A stretch of DNA of 39,895 bases from the IMG/VR virus record IMGVR_UViG_3300045988_079078. The stretch is one strand, 5' to 3'. This DNA is from a virus. The notes under the pieces are model-generated. The model saw only the letters and a program-made list of their open reading frames with translations, searched no databases and was not told the origin of the DNA. The stretch's first letter is position 1, and the number at the start of each line of letters is the position of its first letter. Both the position numbers and the translations under genes were made by a program. Positions 12,094-21,664 of this stretch are shown one piece after another.

Positions 12094-14754
12094 TTAGTTA
12101 ATCATGAAATATTTCATGATTTCCCTTGCATTGTATTTTGCAATCTTCTTTGCACCGTTTTCGTTTGTATGAATACCGTCAAGCAAATCAGTCTGAATTG
12201 GTGCAACACCAGATTGTTCAGGATGGTCATAATCGATCGTTGTTTGGCTTTCGTAGATGTTTCGGATTCCGCATCTGCGAGTGTCGATTGTTTCTGCTCC
12301 AAGCCTATCGGCAACAAAATTGATGAAATCACCTTTCTGGTAAATGCTATCGAAAGTTTCATAACATTCTTGGGTTGGCGTACACATAAATATCACGGCA
12401 TTCGGATAAGCCTCATGCAACTTCTGAAATCCATACCGCATAGAACCTGCCAATGTCTGACGATTTACGTTATCAATAGGCACAACAGTAAAGTTGTTCT
12501 GAGCGTAATTCGTGATAAACTGGTTCTCTACACTTTCTTTTGTCTGCACAGAGAAATCAACAGAATCATTTGTTCCAAACGAAAATGTAATAACATCAAA
12601 GTCCTGATAATCTGCATCACCATTTGATTTTGCGTTTAGCACTTTCTGTACTTGATTTCCCATTACATTGCCATCCGTAGATGGCTGTGGATTTCCGTCA
12701 TAGGTTTGATTAGCAACCTTATCTTGCCATGTAGAACCCGCAACGGACACATTCACAACCTTGTCAGCAAGGAGATACTGTTTAATCCAATGCGTCCATC
12801 CGTTTACACCGCCCATAGCGGTGATACTATCTCCAAGTGTAAGAATCTTTAATCCTTTCCACTTTGGAATAATTGAACTCGGCAATGCAGATTCAGTTAC
12901 TGTAACATAAAGCTCTCCATACGGAGTAAATTTAGTAATTCCATATTGCTCGATTTTCAAAGTGTTAAGAGTATCTCCAAGACCTCCATTTTTAGAGAAT
13001 CTCAAATAATACGCACCATCGGGAACTGTTAATACGGTAGGTTCATTGTTTATGCCATACAAATATTTTTTATCTGCATCAAAATATGCTCCGGTACTTG
13101 CAACACCGATAGGGAGTTCATTACTGCTGAAATAGAGAACCATTCCCGGTTTTACAGGAATGTAATCACTTGAATCCCATGATGAAAAGGAAGTATCAAA
13201 GTAGCCGCTATCTGATAACACAGCACCTTTTACAACAGCATTTTTGTTAAAAAGGTTTGAATGGTCTTCCTGTATTTTTACAACTTCGGCTTTGACTTCG
13301 CTTACTTCGGCTTTGACTTTGCTTACTTCGGCTTTGACTTTGCTTACTTCGGCTTTGACTTTAACCTCACCATATGGAACATATGTGGTTCTCAAACCGT
13401 TTTCAATCTGCAACTTTTCTTTTTTTGAATCGAAAGAAAATCTTGCGTACCCATCAGATGTGACTGCTATATTATTATTATTATTAGGGTTGCCAAATCC
13501 ACTTATAAACTTCTTTTGAGCGTCATAAAAAGCGCCTGTGCTGTAATAGGTTGGTTCATTGTTTGCGCTAAAATAGAGTACATCTCCTTTAGATACTGGG
13601 ATATAGTCTGTAGCTTCCCATCCGCTAAATCCGTTCATTTCGCTGCCATCACCAGAACTTATAGCCACATTTGCTTTTGCCGCTGCCGGATTAAAAAGAT
13701 TAGGAGAAATGATGTTACCTAAATCTTCCTTTAGCTGACTAACTGCCTCCTTGTTCTCGGAAATTTGTGCCATAGAATCCTTGATGCTGTTGACAGTGTT
13801 GTCGGCATCTGCCGCGCTCTTTTTGGCCGCCGCCGCGCTATCAGCAGCGCTGTTCTCGGATTTTGCTGCTTTTTTCTCACTGGCCGCTGCTGCTGTGGCT
13901 GATTTTGCCGCAGCATCGGCATAGCCACTTGCGGCATCTTTTGCTGCGTCAGCATCTTGCAGGGCGTTTTCCGAGCCCGTTTTTGCTTCAAGCGCCTTTT
14001 TTGCTGCGTCCTCTGCACTCTGCTTGGCAGTTTCAGCCGCATTTGCACTCTGTGCGGCCTCGCCAGCAGCTTGTCCAGCGACACCCGCTGCATTAGCGGC
14101 TGTCTGAGCAGCATTTTCGGCGCTGCCCTGTGCGGTCTGAGCTGCTTTGGCGCTCTCGTTAGCCGCGTTGGCAGAGGATTCAGCCGCCTCTGCCTTGCCA
14201 GCCGCGCTCTCGCTGGATGCTGCCGCGTCCTCGGCACTCTTCTTGGCTGCCGCTGCACTTGCAGCAGCGCCGCCCGCTCCCTCGCCCGCCTTTTTGGCCG
14301 CATCCTCAGCGGCTTGGCGGGCGTTCTCGGCGGCGTCTTGCGCCGCAGTGGCAATGCTGACGGCATTGTTCGAGTTGGCAAGAATCTGCTGCACAACATC
14401 CGGCGTCGGCGTGCCGGGGTTGTCTCCCTCGATGTCAGAGTGCGGCTTGATATTGTATCCAATATCCACAGTAATGCGCTGCACGTTTTCCGCAAGACCG
14501 ACAAAAACAATTCTGCCGACGCCTGCCTGCTTCGCCGTAGCTTCCGGCGGTACGGCAAGCATACCGTCTGCCCCAACAACAACCTTTGTCGCAGTCCCGT
14601 CCGGCGCGTGGAATACAGCCAGAATGTCCAGCCCATCCCAACTGTCATCTGCCGTCACATGCAGCTGCTCGATACCGTAACTGTCAAAAGTGCCAAGTGA
14701 TAAGTTGCCGGGTCTAACACTATATCCTTTCAGCTGTACTTCATGCAATGCCAT
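12094..14754 (-). CDS. Tail fibre / receptor-binding protein with an Ala-rich coiled coil, two duplicated beta-sandwich modules and a C-terminal SGNH/GDSL esterase
   Basis: SGNH blocks are LTLGDSITAMGG, FSFGTNDS and DGIHTNENG. The internal duplication is NLFN..DYIPV..VLYFS..STGA(F/Y)(Y/F)DA.KK... Confidence 0.8.
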   Translation of the reverse strand: MALHEVQLKGYSVRPGNLSLGTFDSYGIEQLHVTADDSWDGLDILAVFHAPDGTATKVVVGADGMLAVPPEATAKQAGVGRIVFVGLAENVQRITVDIGYNIKPHSDIEGDNPGTPTPDVVQQILANSNNAVSIATAAQDAAENARQAAEDAAKKAGEGAGGAAASAAAAKKSAEDAAASSESAAGKAEAAESSANAANESAKAAQTAQGSAENAAQTAANAAGVAGQAAGEAAQSANAAETAKQSAEDAAKKALEAKTGSENALQDADAAKDAASGYADAAAKSATAAAASEKKAAKSENSAADSAAAAKKSAADADNTVNSIKDSMAQISENKEAVSQLKEDLGNIISPNLFNPAAAKANVAISSGDGSEMNGFSGWEATDYIPVSKGDVLYFSANNEPTYYSTGAFYDAQKKFISGFGNPNNNNNIAVTSDGYARFSFDSKKEKLQIENGLRTTYVPYGEVKVKAEVSKVKAEVSKVKAEVSEVKAEVVKIQEDHSNLFNKNAVVKGAVLSDSGYFDTSFSSWDSSDYIPVKPGMVLYFSSNELPIGVASTGAYFDADKKYLYGINNEPTVLTVPDGAYYLRFSKNGGLGDTLNTLKIEQYGITKFTPYGELYVTVTESALPSSIIPKWKGLKILTLGDSITAMGGVNGWTHWIKQYLLADKVVNVSVAGSTWQDKVANQTYDGNPQPSTDGNVMGNQVQKVLNAKSNGDADYQDFDVITFSFGTNDSVDFSVQTKESVENQFITNYAQNNFTVVPIDNVNRQTLAGSMRYGFQKLHEAYPNAVIFMCTPTQECYETFDSIYQKGDFINFVADRLGAETIDTRRCGIRNIYESQTTIDYDHPEQSGVAPIQTDLLDGIHTNENGAKKIAKYNAREIMKYFMIN
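13284..13367. repeat. 21-nt tandem repeat (about 4 units) encoding VKAEVSK heptads
   Basis: The unit CTTCGGCTTTGACTT(C/T)GCTTA is repeated. The translation is KVKAEVSKVKAEVSKVKAEVSEVKAEV. Confidence 0.9.
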
Positions 14755-15320
14755 TACATCACCTCAAACCATTCTGTGTCATCAAGCGCCGGGGCCGCGC
14801 CGTCCTGCAGGGCCATGTACAGTTTGTCGCCGTCGGTGTAGTAGTAGCCTGTGCAGACGGTCATGCCGTCCACCCAGTACAGCGGGCGGTCGTTGGTTCC
14901 GTAGGCGTTGGGGTCTTCCTGCAGTTCCCACGCAAAACCCGCCGTGCCGCTGTAGGTCGGCACCCACTTGTAGCCCAGTTTCGGGGGCATGGTGGGCTTG
15001 GCCTCGGTGGGGATCTCGGCCAACATCAGGGAGAGTTTGGTCGCATCGTCCAGCACAATGGTGCTCGCCTCGATCTCCGCCTGCTGCCGCTTGGCCAGTT
15101 CGGCCACGGTGTAGCGGTGGTACAGCTGGCAGTCCTCGTACACATCGTAGCCGGAGATGATGTGTTCAAGGCCTTTGGGGTCGTCCTCGGTGACAGTGCC
15201 CTGCATCACTTCCCGGCTCTCCGGCACATGCTCGGCTACCCGCCGGGCGGTGTAGAGATAGCCGGCTGACAGGTCGGGAGAGGTCAGTTCCTCGTTGGTG
15301 ATTTCATCGTAGATTTTCAT
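14754..15320 (-). CDS. Hypothetical tail-associated protein (188 aa)
   Basis: The coding frame is clean and the stop overlaps the tail fibre ATG (TAATG). Confidence 0.6.
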   Translation of the reverse strand: MKIYDEITNEELTSPDLSAGYLYTARRVAEHVPESREVMQGTVTEDDPKGLEHIISGYDVYEDCQLYHRYTVAELAKRQQAEIEASTIVLDDATKLSLMLAEIPTEAKPTMPPKLGYKWVPTYSGTAGFAWELQEDPNAYGTNDRPLYWVDGMTVCTGYYYTDGDKLYMALQDGAAPALDDTEWFEVM

Positions 15321-15365
15321 TTTTTTATCTTTCAGCTCCTTTTTGTTGAATTCTTGGTGTACAAA

Positions 15366-15911
15366 TTAGAGCAATATAATTGCATTTACGGCAACATATT
15401 CGGCAGATCTATATACGACAATGCGATAATATTTATGCTTACTAGGATTTAGGCACATATTGATTTGATCACCAAGCATCGGCAACTGTGCGTAACTATT
15501 TTTTCGGATATTCACTGCATCATCAACTTTGGTAAAATTTGTGCCATCATTCGAGAAATAAAGTTCAGCACTTGTTGGCCCGTTCACACCGTAACTGCTA
15601 TAATTAGGGCCAATAACAAAAACAGCATGTACAGCCGTCGGTTCTGGCAATTCGATGTCAATCTGCCCATCTTTTCCAGAACCAAAATGGCATACGTTTT
15701 CGTTATACCCGTTTTCATTCCAGTTATAAACGCGATAATTGTGGTTAAACATATACCAGGCGGCTCCAGCGCTAGCATCATTTCCGCTTAAAGACTTCAT
15801 GCTAACTTTATAACCGTTTTGTGAATTAGAGCTCATTGCCGGAATAATATTTGTCAGTTCAGTGCTTTTTTTAGATGTCCCGCCTCCCGGAATCCTCGGT
15901 GCTACTCCCAT
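15366..15911 (-). CDS. Galactose-binding/discoidin-like beta-sandwich protein (start uncertain: 15911 or 15935)
   Basis: It has low GC and a beta-rich sequence (WYMFNHNYRVYNWNENGY...YYRIVVYRSAEYVAVNAI). ATG 15911 overlaps the stop of a 16-aa uORF. Confidence 0.5.
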   Translation of the reverse strand: MGVAPRIPGGGTSKKSTELTNIIPAMSSNSQNGYKVSMKSLSGNDASAGAAWYMFNHNYRVYNWNENGYNENVCHFGSGKDGQIDIELPEPTAVHAVFVIGPNYSSYGVNGPTSAELYFSNDGTNFTKVDDAVNIRKNSYAQLPMLGDQINMCLNPSKHKYYRIVVYRSAEYVAVNAIILL

Positions 15912-15973
15912 CAGCAGCCACCCCGCGCAGCACATGCCGCAGATTTCTTACAATGTTTCATGCTAAACCTCCA

Positions 15974-16969
15974 TCAGCTTTGAATAACCCACCGCGCCCG
16001 GATCTCGGCGGTGGGCTTTTCTTTTACCTTAACTAGCACCGAATTGTACGCCGTGACCGTCACGCCGTCGTTGATGATGTCCTGCACTTCATCCAGCACA
16101 TCATCGGTAGCGGGCACCCCGGTCTTGTCGTAGCCGATGCCGGACAAAAACTCGCTGGCAGCCGTCACCACCGGCGCATGGCTGTTCGCGCAGGTCAGCG
16201 TAGCCGTCTGCTGGTACAGCAGGCCTTTGGCCTGGTCTGCGCTACTGCAAGCCGTCCACCTGCCCAGCGTCAGCGTGGCATAGTAGATGTTGGAAACCTC
16301 GTCGATGGCTTTAAAAATATCCGTCCGCCGCCCCTGAGGGTCGTAGGTGCTGCGTAGCATGGTAGCAGTTCCGGCGTTGATGTCGTTCAGTTCCTCTTTA
16401 ATCTGCTGCAGAAACTCTTTAAATTGCTGCTGCATGGTGGTAGTATCTACGCTCACCCAGTCAGTCACAAGCCCGCATACTGTGCTGTCAAGTCGTTCAT
16501 CGGTAATATTGGCCGACGTGATTTTGCTTGCTGCCGCAGGAATTGCAATCTGTGCAAGCGAAATCTGCCGCAACAGACTATTGTTTGTCAGTGCCGGTGC
16601 AACAGGTGTAGAAGCCGCCGTACCTTTCAGCACTTCAATGCGCGGTTTTGCTGCATAGTCTACTGTGTCCCAACTCACAACAACACGGTCAATACGCGGC
16701 GATACAGCATTCGCCAGCGGGATTGTCAGCTGTAACTCGCTGCCGGTCTGTTCTTTGGTATCATTCCAAAAAACCGTACCGTCTGCTTTGTCGTTTGCAA
16801 GCCAACCAACACCATCCGATACCCTTACCGTCATATTGCCGTTTGCAGTAACACTTAAATTGCCATCCGCGCCAAAAACGCCGCTTGTACGCCCGTGCAG
16901 CCACTTCATGACATTTTGTGCCCCGATGTATTCGTCAACATTATTCGGGAAATTTTTAATTTCTGCCAC
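15974..16969 (-). CDS. Tail / baseplate-associated structural protein (331 aa)
   Basis: The call rests on position in the tail module. The start is GTG with the RBS GAGGTGAG. Confidence 0.55.
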   Translation of the reverse strand: MAEIKNFPNNVDEYIGAQNVMKWLHGRTSGVFGADGNLSVTANGNMTVRVSDGVGWLANDKADGTVFWNDTKEQTGSELQLTIPLANAVSPRIDRVVVSWDTVDYAAKPRIEVLKGTAASTPVAPALTNNSLLRQISLAQIAIPAAASKITSANITDERLDSTVCGLVTDWVSVDTTTMQQQFKEFLQQIKEELNDINAGTATMLRSTYDPQGRRTDIFKAIDEVSNIYYATLTLGRWTACSSADQAKGLLYQQTATLTCANSHAPVVTAASEFLSGIGYDKTGVPATDDVLDEVQDIINDGVTVTAYNSVLVKVKEKPTAEIRARWVIQS

Positions 16970-16973
16970 TGTC

Positions 16974-17984
16974 TCACCTCAACACTGTTAAAATCGGGTC
17001 GCCAATAACCAGCTTAACGCTCGACCCGTTTGCATCCTGTGAATACTTTGCCGCCGTTATTCTTGCCTTGTACTTTACACCCAGCCGCAAAGAAACGCAC
17101 CAAACCAAATCTCCGACATTATATGCCGTGCCCAGTTCATCGCCGTCCGCGTCAATGTCAAATCCGTTTCGGTTCAAATGGCTACCTAGCTGCAACGCTG
17201 CATACTGCTTAACGCGCGTCTGAAACGCAGCGTTTGTCTCGCCATCCTGCTGTGCGTCTCCGCTGAACCTCGCCCATAGTTCGCGCCGTTCCGCATCGCT
17301 GGCCGTGCCAGCCTGCACCACAAACTTTGTACCGTCTTTGTACTGCGCTTCACAGTAGCACACATTTTTGTATTCAGAAATATCCTTGTCAACTACCAGT
17401 CCGGGCGCTGTTCCGCGTTCCTGCACAAAAAGGACCGCGTTTAATCCCTCTGTACGGTCAACTCCCTTATACAATTCAAACGTTTCCGTTTTGGCTCTGT
17501 AGTCCAAAACCATTCGGTTTCCAATCTCGGCATCTGTCAAAATCGGCTGTATGCAGTTTAACAGTTCATCCCCGTACACCTCTGTTGCTTTCACGGTTTC
17601 TGTCAAGCCTTTTTTCTCTGCCAGCAGTACAGGCAGCCCGCGCAGGTTGGCAGTAATAACGCTGTATACATCTGTTTCCACGTTGGCAATGCTGGCAGTT
17701 GCCGCAATAACACGCCGGTTCAGTTTGTTGTTCAGGCTGTAACCGTTCAACGTGATTTCGCTGTTATCGCAATCGAACTGTATTTCTTCCACCGTATACG
17801 CAAGTTTTCGCTCTACAATGTACAAAACAGCATCCAGCTCCACTATCCCGATGTTGTAATCATCCATCGGTAAAACTACCGTAAATTTTCCCACATCGTT
17901 ATAGTAGTCGCTGAATTCGCTGCTGATCGCGTGTGTGATTTCGTGTCGGTTACTAAGGTCAGGGGAGAACAGCTCTAATCTCAT
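16974..17984 (-). CDS. Tail-associated protein, siphovirus Gp37-like (recalled family)
   Basis: It lies immediately after Dit with an ATGA overlap. The N-terminus is MRLELFSPDL...FTVVLPMDDY. Confidence 0.5.
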   Translation of the reverse strand: MRLELFSPDLSNRHEITHAISSEFSDYYNDVGKFTVVLPMDDYNIGIVELDAVLYIVERKLAYTVEEIQFDCDNSEITLNGYSLNNKLNRRVIAATASIANVETDVYSVITANLRGLPVLLAEKKGLTETVKATEVYGDELLNCIQPILTDAEIGNRMVLDYRAKTETFELYKGVDRTEGLNAVLFVQERGTAPGLVVDKDISEYKNVCYCEAQYKDGTKFVVQAGTASDAERRELWARFSGDAQQDGETNAAFQTRVKQYAALQLGSHLNRNGFDIDADGDELGTAYNVGDLVWCVSLRLGVKYKARITAAKYSQDANGSSVKLVIGDPILTVLR

Positions 17985-18835
17985 ATTACCGTTACACCCG
18001 CACTTTCTTCCGCAAACGAAACACTCATCTCAACGTTTTCAAGCCCACTGTCCGCAGTAGGTTTCCACGCATTGTCGCCCGTATGGATTCTGTACAGCGT
18101 ACTTTCAAGCGTAAGTGCACCCCGGCAGTCACCGTCCTTAGAGCTTGTGACCGTTGTTTTCCCGTGCGATGTCTTGATAACGACACGCTCATCTTCCACA
18201 AGCGTTTTTTCCAGCCGCAACACTTCACCTGTCAGCATGTTTTCAATGCCTACGTTTGTTGCCGTCTCGCCAACGCAATTGATTTCCAGAATAAACGGCA
18301 CATCAAACTGCCCGAAATTCTGCAATACAATGTATTTCAGCACAATGACTTTGCCGAAATAATACGTTTTGCTGATATTCCATGGGAATTTAAAACCTTT
18401 TTGCACGCCGCGCAGCTGCATTGCCTTTCGTTCGCCGCTTTCCCAATACGGGTAGGGGGCAAGCAGGCCGAGCTGAAACGGCGCACCGTGTTTTGATGCG
18501 CCAATGGTAGGCGATGCCGTTACAATAACATCTATGTGCCAGTCTCCGGCATATAACACACCGGTCAGGTCAGGCCGAATAACGGTCATAAGCGCGTCTT
18601 TCAGCGCTTGCGCGTCTTTGCCTATAACTCTGCCATTGATGGTAATAGGCCGCGTCTGAATGGCCTTGGATTGCACCGTAGCGCCTACTTGACCGATGCC
18701 CTGCGCCGTGTTGGCAGTGACCGAAATTGTATCAATGCCATCCGGCTTACTGATAAGATAACCATGATCATAGTCAAACACGATAGACTGCCCCAGCGAG
18801 TTGACGTATTTAAAAGTCTTGCTTAAAAAACTCAT
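17981..18835 (-). CDS. Distal tail protein (Dit)
   Basis: It follows the tape measure directly, and ATG 18835 overlaps the tape measure stop (ATGA). Its size and position are typical. Confidence 0.65.
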   Translation of the reverse strand: MSFLSKTFKYVNSLGQSIVFDYDHGYLISKPDGIDTISVTANTAQGIGQVGATVQSKAIQTRPITINGRVIGKDAQALKDALMTVIRPDLTGVLYAGDWHIDVIVTASPTIGASKHGAPFQLGLLAPYPYWESGERKAMQLRGVQKGFKFPWNISKTYYFGKVIVLKYIVLQNFGQFDVPFILEINCVGETATNVGIENMLTGEVLRLEKTLVEDERVVIKTSHGKTTVTSSKDGDCRGALTLESTLYRIHTGDNAWKPTADSGLENVEMSVSFAEESAGVTVI

Positions 18836-21222
18836 ATCGCCCACCTCGCCCGCTGAAAATACGCTGCTGTACTTGCTGCCAGTTCAACCGGCGTTTGCTT
18901 TGCCGCGTAAATATTTTGCGTCAGGGTAAAACCGCTGCCGCTGCCCTTACCGCGTCTGTAGTTGTCCGCTTCATCGGCTGTCAGCACCATCTCACCGCGA
19001 TGCAGATTTGCAACGTAGTTGTTATAGGGAACATAATCCATGCCGCCTGCGTGGCTGCCGTCAGACCCCGTGTTGTTTTTCACATCACTTGCATTGATGA
19101 CAAAAATGCTCTTGATGCCATCCCACAAGCCCTGCACGAAGCTGACAAGACCACCCCAAACAGCCGCAATGCCGCCCTTGATGCCCTCAACAACGTTCTG
19201 GCCGACCGTAGAGAAAAAGTCAAACGCACCTTCAAAGATGCCTTGAATCGACTCCCACGCGCCCTGAAAGTCACCAGACAACACAGCGTCAATTGTAGAA
19301 AACACGCCGGTAATCAAATTAAACACAGTCTGGAAAAAGCTTACCGCAACATTCCAGATGCTTTGAATAATGATCCACGCGCCCTGGAAGAAGCCGCTGA
19401 TAATCGGTGCAAATGGCGCAAAGATAACAACAATTGCCTGGAAGATAGCCTGAAAGAATGCGCTTGCCCTTGCCCATACAGTTTGTACAAGGCTCCATGC
19501 AGCGCTGAACGCTTCACCGATGCTCTGTATGACTGGGGTCAAATCTGTAATGACCTGTGTAACGACTTGCCCAATAACCTGCATAGCCGCTTCAACATAA
19601 GGCTGCACCCATGCTACAAGCTCTTCGATTTTTGCCCAGATGTTTTCAATAACGCCATTTACAGAATTTCTGAAATCTTCGTTCTTCGCATACAGCACAG
19701 CCAAAATACCAACCAGTGCGCCAATTGCAACCACAACCAGTGTAATTGGGTTTGCTGCCAAAACCGCATTAAAAGCGGCTTGCGCTTTTGCCGCTGCCGC
19801 CTGTGCCAACGTCATAAGAGAAATCTTCCCTGTAAGCAATCCGGCAAGAACTTCGGATGCCTTTAATGTGCTATTGAGCGCACCCTGTGCAATTTCCGTG
19901 TCAGAAAGCCCCATGCTGAACAAAGAAACAGCAACTTTGGCTTCGTCAAAGGCCGTTGCCATTTTTTGGATTTTCGTCCCGATTTGCCAGCCTTTTACAG
20001 CTGCACCAACCGTCACAAGTGCTGGTGCGATTTCTTCAATTACAGGCACGACTTCTTCAGCTGCTGTTTTAACATTATCAAAAATGTCAAGCAAGAACGA
20101 AAAGTCAGAGTTTTCAATCGCGCTTGTCAGCCCGGAAATAATTGCATCGCCAAAAAATGAGAACACATCAGCAACAATGGGCTGCAATTCACTTGCTACG
20201 CTGCTTAACCCGCCGAAAAGAGCCTGCAAGCCCTTTTCAATAGTCGGTTCAAGCTCCATAATCACGCCGCTTACATAAGGCGCAAGCTGTGTGACCAGTT
20301 CGCTCAAACCATCAATCAAAGTAGGCACAATTTCTTTGATGCGCGGTATAATGTTGTTTCCGGCAGTAATAACGCTGTCAACAAGGTTGTCCACCAAGGC
20401 TTGAAAGTCTTGCTCCGGGTCTGCAATTCCGGTCAAAAGATTTTCCCAAGCGCTTTTCATCGACGCTGTACTGCCTTGAATTGTAGTTGCAGCTTCCTTG
20501 CTGGTAGTTCCCATAATGCCCATGTTTGCCTGCACTACATGAATCGCTTGCACAATGTTTGCGTAAGACATACTGTTGGAATCAACCGTAACGCCAAGCT
20601 CTTTCTGCGTGTCCGTCATGGCAGCAGCTTCTTTGATAAGCCGCTTCATCTCAGCCTGCGTGCCGCCGTAGCCAAGTTTCAGGTTGTCCAGCATCGTGTA
20701 GTTCTGCTTCGCAAAGCCGTTGTATGCGTCTTGGATGGACGATATGTTAGTGCCCATCTTGTTCGCATTATCGGACATATCCGAAATTGCAGTATTTGCC
20801 ATTTCAGCGGCTTTTTCTGTGTCGCCGCTCAAACTTGAAACCAGTGCCGCCGCAAACGATGTGGATGTTTCCATGTAATCATTTGCTGAAAGACCCACAT
20901 TCTTGTATGCGTCTTTTGCGTAGTTCTCTATGATTCCCGCGCTATCTTTGTACAGCGTTTCCACGCCACCTACAAGCTGTTCGTAGTCTGCATAACTGTC
21001 CAACGATGCCTTGCCGATTGACACGGCCATGTTTGCAGCGTTTTTTCCGATTTCCGTAATGCCGTTGGCTACGGTCCGCAAGCCGTCTGAGACAACATTT
21101 CCAAGCAGCGTACCGCTAAACACGTCCATCAAAGACGATGCGCCGCCTTTTGCCTTTTCAACGCCTTTTTCATAGTCGTCTGTGTTCAGACTTAATTTTG
21201 CATATAAATTAAAAACGTCCAA
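18832..21222 (-). CDS. Tape measure protein
   Basis: It is 796 aa and helical, with hydrophobic or Gly-rich central segments. It lies downstream of the G/T chaperones. The start is TTG with the RBS AGGGAG. Confidence 0.85.
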   Translation of the reverse strand: MDVFNLYAKLSLNTDDYEKGVEKAKGGASSLMDVFSGTLLGNVVSDGLRTVANGITEIGKNAANMAVSIGKASLDSYADYEQLVGGVETLYKDSAGIIENYAKDAYKNVGLSANDYMETSTSFAAALVSSLSGDTEKAAEMANTAISDMSDNANKMGTNISSIQDAYNGFAKQNYTMLDNLKLGYGGTQAEMKRLIKEAAAMTDTQKELGVTVDSNSMSYANIVQAIHVVQANMGIMGTTSKEAATTIQGSTASMKSAWENLLTGIADPEQDFQALVDNLVDSVITAGNNIIPRIKEIVPTLIDGLSELVTQLAPYVSGVIMELEPTIEKGLQALFGGLSSVASELQPIVADVFSFFGDAIISGLTSAIENSDFSFLLDIFDNVKTAAEEVVPVIEEIAPALVTVGAAVKGWQIGTKIQKMATAFDEAKVAVSLFSMGLSDTEIAQGALNSTLKASEVLAGLLTGKISLMTLAQAAAAKAQAAFNAVLAANPITLVVVAIGALVGILAVLYAKNEDFRNSVNGVIENIWAKIEELVAWVQPYVEAAMQVIGQVVTQVITDLTPVIQSIGEAFSAAWSLVQTVWARASAFFQAIFQAIVVIFAPFAPIISGFFQGAWIIIQSIWNVAVSFFQTVFNLITGVFSTIDAVLSGDFQGAWESIQGIFEGAFDFFSTVGQNVVEGIKGGIAAVWGGLVSFVQGLWDGIKSIFVINASDVKNNTGSDGSHAGGMDYVPYNNYVANLHRGEMVLTADEADNYRRGKGSGSGFTLTQNIYAAKQTPVELAASTAAYFQRARWAI

Positions 21223-21237
21223 TTTATCACTCCCTTC

Positions 21238-21266
21238 TTGAATTTTTGCTTTATTTGCTGTATTCT
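21238..21266 (+). promoter_or_regulatory. Promoter for the opposite-strand moron: -35 TTGAAT, 17 nt, -10 TATTCT
   Basis: Read directly. It is followed by the RBS AGGAGG at 21274-21279. Confidence 0.5.
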
Positions 21267-21287
21267 AATCAATAGGAGGTGTTTTTT

Positions 21288-21662
21288 ATGACAAAAGCAA
21301 AAAATGCGGTAATCGCCGGTGATTTTATGGGCAAAAAAGTGTCTGTTTCATTTGGCAAAGTCTCTATGGACGTTGGTGGTCTATCAGCACTTGAACTAAA
21401 CAGCCGTACTGTTGCCGGTTACTCTGTGGTAGATGAAACTCACAAAACGTCTATGGCTTCCGGCGTTATGCGCGGCATGGTCGGCGGTGCTTTGTTTGGT
21501 GGTGCTGGCATGGTTGCCGGTGCAATGACTGCCAAGCAAAAAGGCGTTTATCAGGTTGTTATACAGCTTATAGATGACCCGCAATGGCGTTACAGCGGCA
21601 AGCGCTTCCTGTTGGAAGTTGACGAGCCAACCTATAAAGCCATTATCAAAAATTGTTTCTAA
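21288..21662 (+). CDS. Opposite-strand moron: glycine-zipper membrane-associated protein (124 aa)
   Basis: AGGAGG lies 8 nt before ATG 21288. It carries GVMRGMVGGALFGGAGMVAGAMTA. It is the only + strand gene inside the structural block. Confidence 0.7.
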   Translation: MTKAKNAVIAGDFMGKKVSVSFGKVSMDVGGLSALELNSRTVAGYSVVDETHKTSMASGVMRGMVGGALFGGAGMVAGAMTAKQKGVYQVVIQLIDDPQWRYSGKRFLLEVDEPTYKAIIKNCF

Positions 21663-21664
21663 AT

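Noticed and set aside
13731-14648. 305-aa minus-strand alternative-frame ORF inside the tail fibre gene.
   Set aside because: It is extremely R/P/Q-rich. It is an off-frame read of the GCN-rich Ala-repeat region.
12094-16969. Diversity-generating retroelement acting on the tail fibre or receptor-binding genes.
   Set aside because: No reverse transcriptase gene exists anywhere in the genome. No template/variable repeat pair with adenine-specific differences was seen. The internal duplication in the fibre is diverged at the protein level.
18895-19866. 323-aa + strand ORF, along with similar long + strand ORFs at 24367-25440, 8002-8814, 10945-11787, 13957-14700, 27274-27855 and 37365-38201.
   Set aside because: All are antisense to strongly supported minus-strand genes (tape measure, capsid, endolysin, fibre, RecT and others). 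They lack RBSs and have Arg/Cys/His-rich shadow-frame composition.
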